Positions 7,465 to 17,445 of a stretch of 28,709 nucleotides of DNA are shown piece by piece. A program made the translations under genes and the position numbers. Location of the stretch: the IMG/VR virus record IMGVR_UViG_3300017707_000173, positions 1 through 28,709 of that record; one strand, written 5' to 3'. This DNA is from a virus (Duplodnaviria; Caudoviricetes). Every line of letters begins with the position of its first letter. The stretch's first letter is position 1. Under the pieces are notes generated by a model. That model did not search any database. It saw only the letters and a list, made by a program, of their open reading frames with translations, and was not told the origin of the DNA.

Positions 7465-8673
7465 ATGGCAAATAGCCTACTTACCATCGACATGATTACT
7501 CGCAAGGCGCTTGAAATCCTTGAGAATAATCTTGTCTTAACTCGCAATGTAAATCGTCAGTACGACGACAGTTTTGCCGTCGAAGGTGCTAAAATTGGTT
7601 CGACCCTCCGTATCCGCTTACCGGACCGCGCACTCGTAACGGATGGCGCTGCACTGCAAGTCCAAAGTGATAACGAGCAGTACACCACGTTGACGGTTGC
7701 TACGCAAAAACACATCGGTGTTAACTTCACGTCTGCTGAATTGACGTTGCAGTTGGACGACTTTGCAGAGCGCGTGCTTAAACCTCGTATCAGCCAGCTT
7801 GCTGCTAGCATCGACGCTGACGTTGCCAATTCGTATCAGTACATTGGTAACACCGTTGGTACGCCAGGAACAACACCTGCCACGTCGTTAGTTCTGTTGC
7901 AAGCACAGCAGAAACTTAACGAAAACGCTGCGGTTATGTCTCCACGTTACGCTACAGTCAACCCCGCTGCTAACGCTGGTTTGGTTGAGGGTATGAAAGG
8001 TCTTTTCAACCCCACAGACACCATCAGTCGCCAATTTAAGAACGGCATGATGGGTATGGGTGTGCTTGGGTTTGATGAGATCAACATGTCTCAGTCAATC
8101 AAGCAGTTCACGACCGGCTCGCGTACGGCTACTGGCGGTACAACGTCCGCTGCTGTAACAAGCGAAGGCGCAACCACCATTGCCATCACAGGCGCTGGCG
8201 CTAGCGCAACCGTTAAAGCTGGCGACGTGTTTACCGTGGCTGACTGCTATGCTGTTAACCCACAAACCCGCGAGTCCACTGGTTCGCTGTTCCAGTTTGT
8301 TGCGACTGTTGACGTCACGTTGAATGGCTCTGGCGCAGGTAACATCACTGTTGCTCCGATCTATTCTTCCGGTAATGCTCTAGCTACTGTTGCCAGCCTT
8401 CCTGCTGCTAGCAAAGCTGTTGTATTTGTCGGTGCAGCGTCTAGCCAGTACCCACAAAACCTCGTCTACCACAAAGACGCTATCACTTTCGCCACTGCCG
8501 ATTTGATGATGCCGCAAGGCGTTGACATGGCATCGCGTCAGGTTCACAACGGTATTTCGATGCGTATTGTTCGTCAGTACGACATCAACAACGACCGTAT
8601 GCCCTGCCGTATTGACGTGCTGTACGGCTACAGCGTAATTCGTCCGCAAATGGCAGTTCGTCTCTGGGGCTAA
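7465..8673 (+). CDS. Major capsid protein, P22 gp5 coat family
   Basis: MANSLLTIDMITRKALEILENNL, KIGSTLRIRLP, NLVYHKDAITFA and CRIDVLYG motifs. 402 aa with SD AAGGA. Confidence 0.93.
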   Translation: MANSLLTIDMITRKALEILENNLVLTRNVNRQYDDSFAVEGAKIGSTLRIRLPDRALVTDGAALQVQSDNEQYTTLTVATQKHIGVNFTSAELTLQLDDFAERVLKPRISQLAASIDADVANSYQYIGNTVGTPGTTPATSLVLLQAQQKLNENAAVMSPRYATVNPAANAGLVEGMKGLFNPTDTISRQFKNGMMGMGVLGFDEINMSQSIKQFTTGSRTATGGTTSAAVTSEGATTIAITGAGASATVKAGDVFTVADCYAVNPQTRESTGSLFQFVATVDVTLNGSGAGNITVAPIYSSGNALATVASLPAASKAVVFVGAASSQYPQNLVYHKDAITFATADLMMPQGVDMASRQVHNGISMRIVRQYDINNDRMPCRIDVLYGYSVIRPQMAVRLWG

Positions 8674-8680
8674 TCGATCT

Positions 8681-8698
8681 AGGGGGCTTCGGCCCCCT
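8681..8698 (+). terminator. GC hairpin with UUCG loop after the coat gene (weak terminator or mRNA stabiliser)
   Basis: AGGGGGC-TTCG-GCCCCCT. The U-tract is not immediately adjacent. Confidence 0.6.
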
Positions 8699-8727
8699 TA
8701 CCCAATTATTTTTTGAAAGGATTTATC

Positions 8728-9123
8728 ATGGCAATTCCTAATGGTGCTGGTGGCTATCAGTACAACGACGGTAATACCGGCGAGGCTTTGTTGTTTGTTC
8801 AGGGCGCACCCACGGCGCTAACTGGCGCAGCTACCGTTACGGCAGCACAACTAGCAAACGGTTTGTTTACGTTTGATGGTACGGCTGGCGCAATGACGCT
8901 ACCCACGGTTGCGTTGCTTGAAGATGAAATTTCTTCGGCAGCTAAAGTTAACGCAGCGTTCACGTTTGCTGTCGTTAATATCGACGGTACAGACGCTGTA
9001 ACCGTAACCGCTGGTACGGGCTGGACGATTGTTGGGACCGCTGCGGTGTCGGCTAACACGTCGTCGCAGTGGCTCGCGCGCAAGACCGGCGTTGGCACTT
9101 GGACGGCTTACCGTATTGCGTAA
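8728..9123 (+). CDS. Putative capsid decoration/minor head protein
   Basis: ATG 8728 after SD AAAGGA is preferred over TTG 8713. Ala/Thr/Gly-rich with MTLPT and GTGWTIVG motifs, directly after the coat gene. Confidence 0.6.
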   Translation: MAIPNGAGGYQYNDGNTGEALLFVQGAPTALTGAATVTAAQLANGLFTFDGTAGAMTLPTVALLEDEISSAAKVNAAFTFAVVNIDGTDAVTVTAGTGWTIVGTAAVSANTSSQWLARKTGVGTWTAYRIA

Positions 9124-9125
9124 CT

Positions 9126-9150
9126 AATAGGGGGTCCGCCCCCTATTTTT
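9126..9150 (+). terminator. Intrinsic terminator-like hairpin
   Basis: AATAGGGGG-TCCG-CCCCCTATT followed by TTT. Confidence 0.7.
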
Positions 9151-9163
9151 AAAAGGATCAGCT

Positions 9164-9574
9164 ATGTCAAACACTAAACCTATTGGCGTTGCTTTTACAG
9201 ACCAAGACATCATCGGCTCACAATACGTGTTGTCCGCTGAACAGTTTGGTTACACGGCAGACGCTCAAGGTACTGTGACTCAAGCGACCAGCAAGTCTAC
9301 GGCTGTTACGCTTAACAAGTCAGCCGGTCAGATCACGATGAACAACGCAGCGTTAGCGAGCGTAACCAACGTGACTTTCACGTTGAACAACTCGTTCATT
9401 TCTGCAAATGACATTTTGATTTTGAACGTAAGTGGTGGCGCTACTGCTGGCGCATACAACTGTTGGGTTTCGGGTTTAAGCGCAGGTTCTGCGTCTATCA
9501 CCTTACGCAACATTTCGGGCGGTTCATTGTCTGAAGCAGTTGTTATTAATTTTGCTCTTATTCATTGCGTGTAA
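9164..9574 (+). CDS. Putative virion structural/decoration protein
   Basis: SD AAAGGA. GTVTQATSKSTAVTLN..GQITM beta-rich pattern, in the head gene cluster. Confidence 0.6.
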   Translation: MSNTKPIGVAFTDQDIIGSQYVLSAEQFGYTADAQGTVTQATSKSTAVTLNKSAGQITMNNAALASVTNVTFTLNNSFISANDILILNVSGGATAGAYNCWVSGLSAGSASITLRNISGGSLSEAVVINFALIHCV

Positions 9575-9605
9575 GGCATGGGGGCTAATAACCCCCCTGT
9601 AAACT

Positions 9606-9794
9606 ATGGCCGTCATCTATCTTCGTCACGCCACTCACGGCGCTAAAGTCGCTATATCCGATAAAGAAGCCGATAACGATAGAGAAAACGGCTGGGAAGT
9701 GTATGATCCTAATGATGTAGAAGATGAGATGGAGCCAGTTAACGAGCTTCAGCCTCGTCGTCGCAGCCGTAGAACTCAGGAGGTTGAGTTATGA
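9606..9794 (+). CDS. Small hypothetical protein with acidic stretch and Arg-rich tail
   Basis: 62 aa, ..ENGWEVYDP..PRRRSRR. Overlaps the next start (ATGA). Confidence 0.6.
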   Translation: MAVIYLRHATHGAKVAISDKEADNDRENGWEVYDPNDVEDEMEPVNELQPRRRSRRTQEVEL

Positions 9795-10501
9795 CAACTG
9801 CCGCTGAACTTATTAACGGGTCACTTCGCCTTCTTGGTGTTTTAGCTGAAGGTGAAGAACCTTCGGTTGCGGTCATGCAAGACTCTATCATGGCGATGAA
9901 TCAAATGATTCAGTCATGGGACACTGAGCGTTTGTCAGTTTTTAGTACGCAAGATCAAGTGTTTACTTGGCCTGCGTACACCATGTCGCGCACGATTGGC
10001 CCTACCGGCGATTTTGTAGGTAATCGTCCTATTGAAATTGATGACGCGACTTATTTCAAAGACCCATCGTCGGGACTGTCGTTTGGCGTCAAACTAATCA
10101 ATCAACAGCAGTATGATGGCATTGCGTTTAAGACGGTTACATCGACTTATCCGCAGGTTATGTGGGTAAACAATACGTTTCCAGATATGGAAATGACGGT
10201 GTATCCAGTTCCTATTAAAGCGTTGGAATGGCACATTATTTCTGTAGAAACGTTGACGGAAGTCTCAAGCGTCGCTACGGACATGTACTTTCCGCCAGGC
10301 TACTTACGGGCGTTTCGCTACAACTTAGCCTGCGAACTAGCACCTGAGTTTGGCGTTGAACCTTCGCCGCAAGTGCAGCGTATTGCCATGTCAAGCAAGC
10401 GCAACATCAAGCGCATCAACTTCCCCGGCGATCTTATGGCAATACCTTACCCGATTGTTGCAACGCGTCAGCGGTATAACATCTACGCTAACAACTTCTA
10501 A
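9791..10501 (+). CDS. Head-to-tail adaptor (P22 gp4-like)
   Basis: MTTAAELINGSLRLLGVLAEGE..MNQMIQSW and PPGYLRAFRYNLACELAPEFG motifs. It precedes the gp10-like gene. Confidence 0.8.
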   Translation: MTTAAELINGSLRLLGVLAEGEEPSVAVMQDSIMAMNQMIQSWDTERLSVFSTQDQVFTWPAYTMSRTIGPTGDFVGNRPIEIDDATYFKDPSSGLSFGVKLINQQQYDGIAFKTVTSTYPQVMWVNNTFPDMEMTVYPVPIKALEWHIISVETLTEVSSVATDMYFPPGYLRAFRYNLACELAPEFGVEPSPQVQRIAMSSKRNIKRINFPGDLMAIPYPIVATRQRYNIYANNF

Positions 10502-11940
10502 TGAAAACGCCGATTCTTGGATCGACTTACGTTGCCCGTTCCGTCAACGCAGCCGATGCGAGGATGGTCAATTTGTTTCCAGAAGTTGTGCCGGAAGGCG
10601 GCAAAGAGCCTGCCTTTCTCCAACGCTGTCCGGGTCTACTCAATCTTGCTACGATTGGTAGCGGCCCTATTCGTGGGCTATGGACCTTTTCGTCTGACAA
10701 CAGCACAGCGTTTGTTGTATCTGGTAATGAGTTGTACAAAATTGACACCAGTTATGCCGCTACGCTTATTGGTTCTTTGCCTGGTAATGGTCCTGTCAGT
10801 ATGGCCGACAACGGCATCCAGTTGTTTATCGCCTGTAACGGGCCAAGCTACATTTACAACAACAGTACCGGCGTATTTGGGCAAATTGTAGATGTTGATT
10901 TTCCTGGCGCTGTAACGGTCGGATATATTGACGGTTATTTTGTTTTTAATGAGCCAAATAGCCAGCGCATTTGGGTTACGCAACTACTTGATGGCACCTC
11001 GATTGACCCTCTTGATTTTGCTAGCGCGGAAGGCTCGCCTGATGGCGTTGTCGGTCTTATTGTTGATCACCGAGAAGTTTGGGTCTACGGTACAAACACG
11101 GTCGAGGTGTGGTACGACGCCGGTACGCCAGACTTTCCACTTCAGCGCATCCAAGGCGCATTTAACGAAATTGGCTGTATCTCGGCGTACACCATCGCCA
11201 AAATGGATAATGGTTTGTTTTGGCTCGGCGCAGATGCCCGAGGACAAGGTATTGTCTACCGCGCTAACGGCTACACAGGCCAACGTATCAGTACCCACGC
11301 GGTTGAGTGGCAAATTCAGCAGTATGGCAACTTAACGGACGCGCTTGCGTACACGTATCAGCAAGACGGCCATAGCTTTTACGTGCTTATATTCCCCAGC
11401 GCCAACACGACGTGGGTCTATGACGTAGCGACAGGCGCATGGCATGAGCGCGCAGGTTGGAGCGACGGGTCGTTTACGCGGTATCGCAGCAATTGTCAGA
11501 TGGCGTTTAATAATCAAATTATTGTGGGCGACTATCAAAACGGCAACATCTACGCGTTTGATCTTGATACTTACGCTGATAACGGACAAATACAAAAGTG
11601 GCTGCGCTCGTGGCGGGCGTTGCCGACAGGCCAAAACAATCTTAAGCGCACCGCACAACACGCCATGCAGCTTGACATGGAGTCGGGCGTTGGGCTAGCA
11701 ACAGGCCAAGGCAGTAATCCAGAAGTTATGTTGCGCTGGTCTGACGATGGCGGTCATACGTGGTCTAACTATCGTACTACGTCAGTAGGCAAAATCGGCG
11801 AGTATTACTACCGTGTTTGGTTCCGTCGTTTAGGTATGACGATGAAGTTGCGCGATCGGGTGTATGAATTGTCCATGACTGATCCCGTTAAAACAGCCAT
11901 CATGGGCGCGGAACTTTTGATTTCGCCAACTAATGCCTAA
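10501..11940 (+). CDS. Tail hub / packaged-DNA stabilisation protein (P22 gp10-like)
   Basis: VSMADNG, IDGYFVF, FASAEGSPDGVV, ISTHAVE, YQQDGHSFYVL and LRWSDDGGHTWS motifs. Confidence 0.9.
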   Translation: MKTPILGSTYVARSVNAADARMVNLFPEVVPEGGKEPAFLQRCPGLLNLATIGSGPIRGLWTFSSDNSTAFVVSGNELYKIDTSYAATLIGSLPGNGPVSMADNGIQLFIACNGPSYIYNNSTGVFGQIVDVDFPGAVTVGYIDGYFVFNEPNSQRIWVTQLLDGTSIDPLDFASAEGSPDGVVGLIVDHREVWVYGTNTVEVWYDAGTPDFPLQRIQGAFNEIGCISAYTIAKMDNGLFWLGADARGQGIVYRANGYTGQRISTHAVEWQIQQYGNLTDALAYTYQQDGHSFYVLIFPSANTTWVYDVATGAWHERAGWSDGSFTRYRSNCQMAFNNQIIVGDYQNGNIYAFDLDTYADNGQIQKWLRSWRALPTGQNNLKRTAQHAMQLDMESGVGLATGQGSNPEVMLRWSDDGGHTWSNYRTTSVGKIGEYYYRVWFRRLGMTMKLRDRVYELSMTDPVKTAIMGAELLISPTNA

Positions 11941-14900
11941 CGTCACTAACATACCCGCCCCCCGCGTCAATATTATTGACGAAAGGACTGGTCTAATCTC
12001 GCGTGAGTGGTATCGGTTCTTTTTAAATTTGTTCACGTTAGTAGGCCAAGGTAACAATCAAATTACCTTAGACGACATTCAGGTTGGGCCACCTGAACAA
12101 AACATCAACATACTGTTAGCCAACAGTATGACTGACCCCGCGCCAGTTCCTGTACCTTTTATATCGTTGGCTGACAATCAAGCCGTATCACCTTCTATCG
12201 TACAAATCATATCGGCTAACTACGCTGATTTAGCGCCCCCAGTTATCCCCTCTACATCATCTGGAGGTAGTTCAGGGACTGTCACTAGCGTAGATGTGTC
12301 TGGCGGCACCACAGGCGTAACTTTTACTGGCGGTCCAATTACAACGTCCGGTACGATAACAATGTCTGGTACGCTGAATATCAGTAATGGTGGCACAGGT
12401 ATCACAACGACGCCTGCTAACGGCGCGCTGCTTATAGGTAACGGTACTGGCTACACGTCTGCAAATTTAACCGCAGGCAGTAATATAACGATTACTAATG
12501 CGTCGGGTGCTATTACGATTGCTGCAACGGGCGGCGGCACGGGGACAGTTACAAGCGTAGCTGCTTCGGGTGGTACAACGGGTCTTACTTTTAGCGGTTC
12601 CCCTATCACAACTAGCGGCACCTTGACGCTGGCTGGAACTTTAGCTGTAGCTAATGGAGGTACGGGCGCTACTACATTAACAGGTTACGTTAAAGGTAGT
12701 GGAACCAGCGCATTAACGGCATCGTCAACAATTCCTAACACGGACATCACCGGCTTAGGAACTATGTCCACGCAATCGGCCAGCTCGGTTGCGATTACCG
12801 GCGGAACGATTGATGGCACATCAGTAGGCGCTACTACAGCATCTACGGTGCGCGGTACAACAATTACAGCCACTACACAATTTAGTGGGCCAGGGACAGG
12901 TTTAACTGGAACGGCTAGTAGCCTTTCTATTGGTGGTAGCGCAGCTACTGCGACATCAGCGACGTCTGCTACAACAGCGACCACGGCAACTAATCTAGCA
13001 GGCGGCGCGGCTAACAGAATAGCGTACCAAACAGGGGCTAGCGCAACTTCTTTTATCGCTGCGCCAACGACATCATCTACTTATCTTGGGTGGAATGGCA
13101 CAGCGTTTGTTTGGGGTACGCCTTCAGGCGCCGGTACAGTTACGTCTGTTGGCCTATCAATGCCCACAGGTTTTTCGGTATCTGGGTCGCCCGTAACAGG
13201 GTCTGGGACGCTTGCAGTTTCCACTACTTTAAGCGGCATACTCAAAGGTACTGGATCAGGTTTTACAACCGCTACTAGTGGTACAGATTACGCTCCTGCG
13301 ACTAGCGGTACATCTATTTTGTATGGCAACGGTTCAGGTGGCTTTAGTAATGTCACGGTTGGCTCAGGCTTAAGTTTTAGCGCAGGAACGTTATCTGCTA
13401 CGGGAGGTACAGGTACTGTCACTAGTATCACCGCAGGCACTGGTTTAACTGGCGGAACAATAACAACATCAGGCACTATTGCATTAGCGACATCTGGTGT
13501 TACTGCGGCAAGTTACACCAACGCGAGTATTACTGTTGATACGTATGGACGAATTACGTCTGCATCATCTGGAACAGCACCTGTTACGTCAGTATCAGGA
13601 ACAGCGCCAATTGCGTCAAGCGGTGGAACGACCCCAACCATTTCATTAAACGCCAACTACGGCGACACGCAAAACCCTTACGCCAGCAAAACTGCTAATT
13701 ACTTCTTAGCTGCACCTAACGGTTCTTCTGGCGCTCCTACGTTCCGCGCTATTGTTGCTGCCGATATACCAACGCTTAATCAAAACACGACAGGCACATC
13801 GGCTGCTATAGCTGGTGGTTCTGCCAATCAAATTCTTTACCAAACTGGCGCAGGTGTTACTTCGTTTATTACTGCACCAACGGTAACCAACACCTATCTT
13901 CAGTGGAATGGTACTTCGTTTGTTTGGTCTTCCGCAGGTACAGGTGGCACGGTAACTAGCGTCAGTGGTAGTGGTGGTACGACAGGGCTTACGCTTACTG
14001 GTGGCCCTATCACAACGTCAGGTACGTTGACGTTAGGCGGCACATTAGCGGTAGCCAACGGTGGTACAGGATCATCAACGCTTACCGGCGCAGGGATCGT
14101 AACCCTCACTGACACGCAAACAATTTCAGGCGCAAAAACTTTTACAAGTTTGGCTAATTCGTTTGTCGGCACCAAATATTCAACATCTAACGGTACTTCA
14201 TCCAACGCCTATTTTGGTGAAGACTCAAGTTATGCGGTTGTAGGCGGCGTAAACGGCGTAACACTGTCTAGCGGTGCTACGTTTCCTGGTACAGGTAGAT
14301 ATGTAGCAGATGCTGTTTCGTTTCGTCCCTATGCCACTGCAACTTACAGTTTGGGTACTTTAACCCAGCGCTGGACGACTGTTTATTCGCAAAATCTTGA
14401 CCTATCTGGTGTTGTGACGGCTGGCACTTGGAACGGCTCAACCATTGGGGTCGGCTATGGTGGTACTGGCGTTACGTCAACACCTACTAACGGTCAACTA
14501 TTGATTGGTAACGGTACGGGCTATTCATTAGCTACGATAACTGCCGGTTCTGGAATTAGCGTCACCAACGGCGCAGGCTCTATTACCATAGCCGCTACGG
14601 GCGGTACGGGTACGGTAACGTCGGTCGCAGCGTCTGGTGGCACGACAGGGTTAACGTTCAGCGGCTCACCTATCACTACCAGTGGAACACTCACGTTAGG
14701 TGGTACGTTAGCTGCCGCTAACGGCGGTACCGGCGCGTCGTCGCTTACTGGTGCCGGTATTGTAACGACAACTGATACACAAACTATTTCAGGTGTTAAG
14801 ACTTTTTCTAGCACCAGTAATGCTTTTGTTGGCGCCACATACAAAACATCCAACGCTTATTTTTATGAAGATACTTCATACGCTGTTCTAGGGGGTGTTA

Positions 14901-15364
14901 ATGGCGTATTAATGGCATATGGTTCTTACCCAGGAACTGTTATTTTTGCTGGTGATAGCGGCACTTGGCGTCCAACTACCGATAACGTCCGCGCTTTAGG
15001 AACTGCTTCGTTTCGGTATACAGTCGTTTATGCGACAACGGGTACGATCAATACATCGGATGCGTCGCAAAAGCAGCAGGTCAGAGAACTATCCGACGCC
15101 GAGCAGCGCGTAGCGCAACGCGTCAAAAAACTCATTCGCGCTTTTAAATGGAACGATGCGGTTGAGCAAAAAGGTGACGACGCTAGGATTCATTTTGGTG
15201 TTATCGCGCAAGATGTTCAAGAAGCATTTGCCGCCGAGGGCTTAGATGCGTCAAAATACGGTTTGTTTTGCAGCGACACATGGACTACTTCAGACGGATC
15301 GTCGCAAACGCGTTTAGGTGTGCGTTACAGCGAGTTGTTGGCTTTTGTCATCGCCGCACTTTAA
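11933..15364 (+). CDS. Long modular tail fibre with C-terminal S74 intramolecular chaperone, in the gp26 needle position
   Basis: G/T/S-rich repeated modules. TINT-SDASQKQ cleavage motif at about 15047-15075, followed by HFGVIAQDV and GVRYSEL chaperone motifs. Confidence 0.85.
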   Translation: MPNVTNIPAPRVNIIDERTGLISREWYRFFLNLFTLVGQGNNQITLDDIQVGPPEQNINILLANSMTDPAPVPVPFISLADNQAVSPSIVQIISANYADLAPPVIPSTSSGGSSGTVTSVDVSGGTTGVTFTGGPITTSGTITMSGTLNISNGGTGITTTPANGALLIGNGTGYTSANLTAGSNITITNASGAITIAATGGGTGTVTSVAASGGTTGLTFSGSPITTSGTLTLAGTLAVANGGTGATTLTGYVKGSGTSALTASSTIPNTDITGLGTMSTQSASSVAITGGTIDGTSVGATTASTVRGTTITATTQFSGPGTGLTGTASSLSIGGSAATATSATSATTATTATNLAGGAANRIAYQTGASATSFIAAPTTSSTYLGWNGTAFVWGTPSGAGTVTSVGLSMPTGFSVSGSPVTGSGTLAVSTTLSGILKGTGSGFTTATSGTDYAPATSGTSILYGNGSGGFSNVTVGSGLSFSAGTLSATGGTGTVTSITAGTGLTGGTITTSGTIALATSGVTAASYTNASITVDTYGRITSASSGTAPVTSVSGTAPIASSGGTTPTISLNANYGDTQNPYASKTANYFLAAPNGSSGAPTFRAIVAADIPTLNQNTTGTSAAIAGGSANQILYQTGAGVTSFITAPTVTNTYLQWNGTSFVWSSAGTGGTVTSVSGSGGTTGLTLTGGPITTSGTLTLGGTLAVANGGTGSSTLTGAGIVTLTDTQTISGAKTFTSLANSFVGTKYSTSNGTSSNAYFGEDSSYAVVGGVNGVTLSSGATFPGTGRYVADAVSFRPYATATYSLGTLTQRWTTVYSQNLDLSGVVTAGTWNGSTIGVGYGGTGVTSTPTNGQLLIGNGTGYSLATITAGSGISVTNGAGSITIAATGGTGTVTSVAASGGTTGLTFSGSPITTSGTLTLGGTLAAANGGTGASSLTGAGIVTTTDTQTISGVKTFSSTSNAFVGATYKTSNAYFYEDTSYAVLGGVNGVLMAYGSYPGTVIFAGDSGTWRPTTDNVRALGTASFRYTVVYATTGTINTSDASQKQQVRELSDAEQRVAQRVKKLIRAFKWNDAVEQKGDDARIHFGVIAQDVQEAFAAEGLDASKYGLFCSDTWTTSDGSSQTRLGVRYSELLAFVIAAL

Positions 15365-15372
15365 GGAATACT

Positions 15373-17442
15373 ATGACAACTGTTCTATCACCCAGCCCAA
15401 AACTTCAGTTCTTCGCTTCAGATGGATCGTTGTTAGTTGGCGGCAAACTTTATACTTACGAAGCTGGAACGACCACGCCGTTAGCGACCTACACTGATTC
15501 TACCGGGGCGACGGCTAACACAAACCCCATCATCTTAAGCGTACGCGGAGAGGCCAACGTCTGGTTAGGCACGTCATCGTACAAGTTTGTTCTTAAAGAC
15601 AGCAACGACGTTCTTATCTGGACGGTTGATAATATTTCAACACCGCAAGGTCTTATCGACGCCTTAAGCGCGTCTTTAGCTGCGGCGTCTGGTTCGTCTT
15701 TAATTGGCTATTCGCCGTCAGGCGCAGGCGCTGTAACGACAACAGTACAGGCCAAGCTGCGCCAGACCATAAGCGTTAAAGATTTTGGCGCTACGGGTGA
15801 TGGTACGACCGACGATACTGTGGCGTTTCAAAACGCGCTGACTGCGGCGACAGGCAAATCGCTGTACGTGCCTGCCGGTACATACATCTGTACAGGGCTA
15901 ACAATCTACAGCGGTACTAACATGTACGGCGACTCGCCTGCCACGTCGATTATCAAGGCCAAGAGCACGCTTGGCGCTACAACGCCGTTGTTAAAGAACC
16001 CTAATCAATCGGGGACAGCGTACGTTTATAACGATAGCGGTATTAGTCTTAGCAACATTAAATTTGATGGTAACAATTTAGGACCGCGCACGGCTGAGTT
16101 GGTGTCGTTTGCTAAGATTCAAGACCTCGACATCACAAACTGCTACGTGTACAACGTGCAGTACATTGGTATCGCTGTGGCAGGTTGCTTGGCCGTAAGC
16201 GTTAATCAATGTTTGTTTACTGAGTGCGGCAGCGACAGTGTGCTCGCTGAGGGTGGTGCTGCGTTGTGGATGGGTCCAGCCGCTGACACGACTAAATCGT
16301 ATGACGTTAGCGTCAACGAAAGTAGTTTTATTAGCAATAACTGGTCAGCGATGTACGCCAACGGCGACCGATTGTCGATCAACGGCAACTACTTATCCGC
16401 AAATAAAGAGTCGGGCATTTTTATGACCGGCAGCAACAACGTCATTTCAGATAACTGGATTAGCGGTCAGACCAAGAAAAACATTTCCGCGTCAGGTATT
16501 GAATTTGAGGGTGATTTTCATACAATTAGCGGCAATTTTATTGGTGATTGCGATGACTACTGTATAGCCGTTACAGATTCGCAGTTCACTACAATCACTG
16601 GTAACTCGCTCTATAACCCACGCCGTGACAGCGCGTCGTTCCCCAACGCAAGTTGCATCGGCATCATCTCGCTAACGGCTAGCCCTAATCAACCGCGTCA
16701 CATCTTAGTTGTCGGCAACAACATGTGGGCGCCGTCTAATGATGCCTACGCTGCGGTGTACTTCTACGGTACGTCTTCCGCGCCGCAGTACGTCACGATC
16801 AGCGACAACCAGATGAACGGCAACACATGGACGTCCGGTCAAGCAATCTATGTGTCGTCAGGGCAGGCATCTTCGTCGCAAATCTTCCGCGACAATCCTG
16901 GCGCGTTCGATATATTTGACCAAGGTGGTTACGCGGCGGGTCGCTTCTACGCAGGCGAGACATTATCGCCCGCAACGGCAGCAGGTACATTGGCGGTAGC
17001 GGCCAACACCTTCTACGCAATGCCGTTCAACGTAAGACAGTCGCAACTTTGGACAAAGATCGGCTGCACGGTAACAACCGCTGGAACAGGCGTTTTTGCA
17101 TACCTTGGCATCTATCGTATGGAAAACGGCATACCCACAACTAAAGTATTAGACGCTGGCGCGGTTGGCCTAACAACAACAGGGACTAAAGAGATCACTA
17201 TTTCGCAGCCTTTACCGTCAGGCACCTACGCGCTTGTGTTGCTCGCCAACGCTAGCGGTGCTACGGTTAGGGCCGGAACACCTAGTGATGTGGCGTTAGC
17301 TACGGTAGGATGTAGCGCAGTAGGAACGGCGGACACGTTGATTACCGCCAGCCAAACTTACGGTACGTTACCGTCCACTTTCCCCGCCGTATCCTATTCA
17401 TCCAGCAGCACACCCTTGCTGACGTTGCGCTATGGAGTTTAA
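15373..17442 (+). CDS. Tailspike with head-binding domain and pectate-lyase-like beta-helix (putative depolymerase)
   Basis: ATG 15373 after SD AAGGA. The N-terminal GGKLYTY..NPIILS resembles the P22 gp9 head-binding domain. SVKDFGATGDGTTDDT marks the start of the beta-helix, followed by repeated ISGN/ISDN/ITGN ladders. Confidence 0.85.
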   Translation: MTTVLSPSPKLQFFASDGSLLVGGKLYTYEAGTTTPLATYTDSTGATANTNPIILSVRGEANVWLGTSSYKFVLKDSNDVLIWTVDNISTPQGLIDALSASLAAASGSSLIGYSPSGAGAVTTTVQAKLRQTISVKDFGATGDGTTDDTVAFQNALTAATGKSLYVPAGTYICTGLTIYSGTNMYGDSPATSIIKAKSTLGATTPLLKNPNQSGTAYVYNDSGISLSNIKFDGNNLGPRTAELVSFAKIQDLDITNCYVYNVQYIGIAVAGCLAVSVNQCLFTECGSDSVLAEGGAALWMGPAADTTKSYDVSVNESSFISNNWSAMYANGDRLSINGNYLSANKESGIFMTGSNNVISDNWISGQTKKNISASGIEFEGDFHTISGNFIGDCDDYCIAVTDSQFTTITGNSLYNPRRDSASFPNASCIGIISLTASPNQPRHILVVGNNMWAPSNDAYAAVYFYGTSSAPQYVTISDNQMNGNTWTSGQAIYVSSGQASSSQIFRDNPGAFDIFDQGGYAAGRFYAGETLSPATAAGTLAVAANTFYAMPFNVRQSQLWTKIGCTVTTAGTGVFAYLGIYRMENGIPTTKVLDAGAVGLTTTGTKEITISQPLPSGTYALVLLANASGATVRAGTPSDVALATVGCSAVGTADTLITASQTYGTLPSTFPAVSYSSSSTPLLTLRYGV

Positions 17443-17445
17443 AAA

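Noticed and set aside
8660-8730. Programmed frameshift or readthrough extending the coat into the next gene
   Set aside because: The coat ends in TAA with no slippery heptamer before it, and the next gene has its own strong SD and ATG.
12220-14853. Several minus-strand Val/Pro-rich ORFs
   Set aside because: They are antisense shadows of Gly/Thr codon repeats in the fibre gene and resemble no protein family I recognise.
14072-15030. Duplicated fibre segment as a DGR template/variable repeat pair
   Set aside because: Differences are not adenine-specific, both copies are coding in one ORF, and no reverse transcriptase is present in the window.
15268-15372. N-terminal extension of the tailspike given by the ORF track
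   Set aside because: It overlaps the S74 domain. ATG 15373 has a good SD and begins the recognisable domain. Similar over-extended starts were trimmed at 3781, 8713, 24286, 24486, 26031 and 28012.
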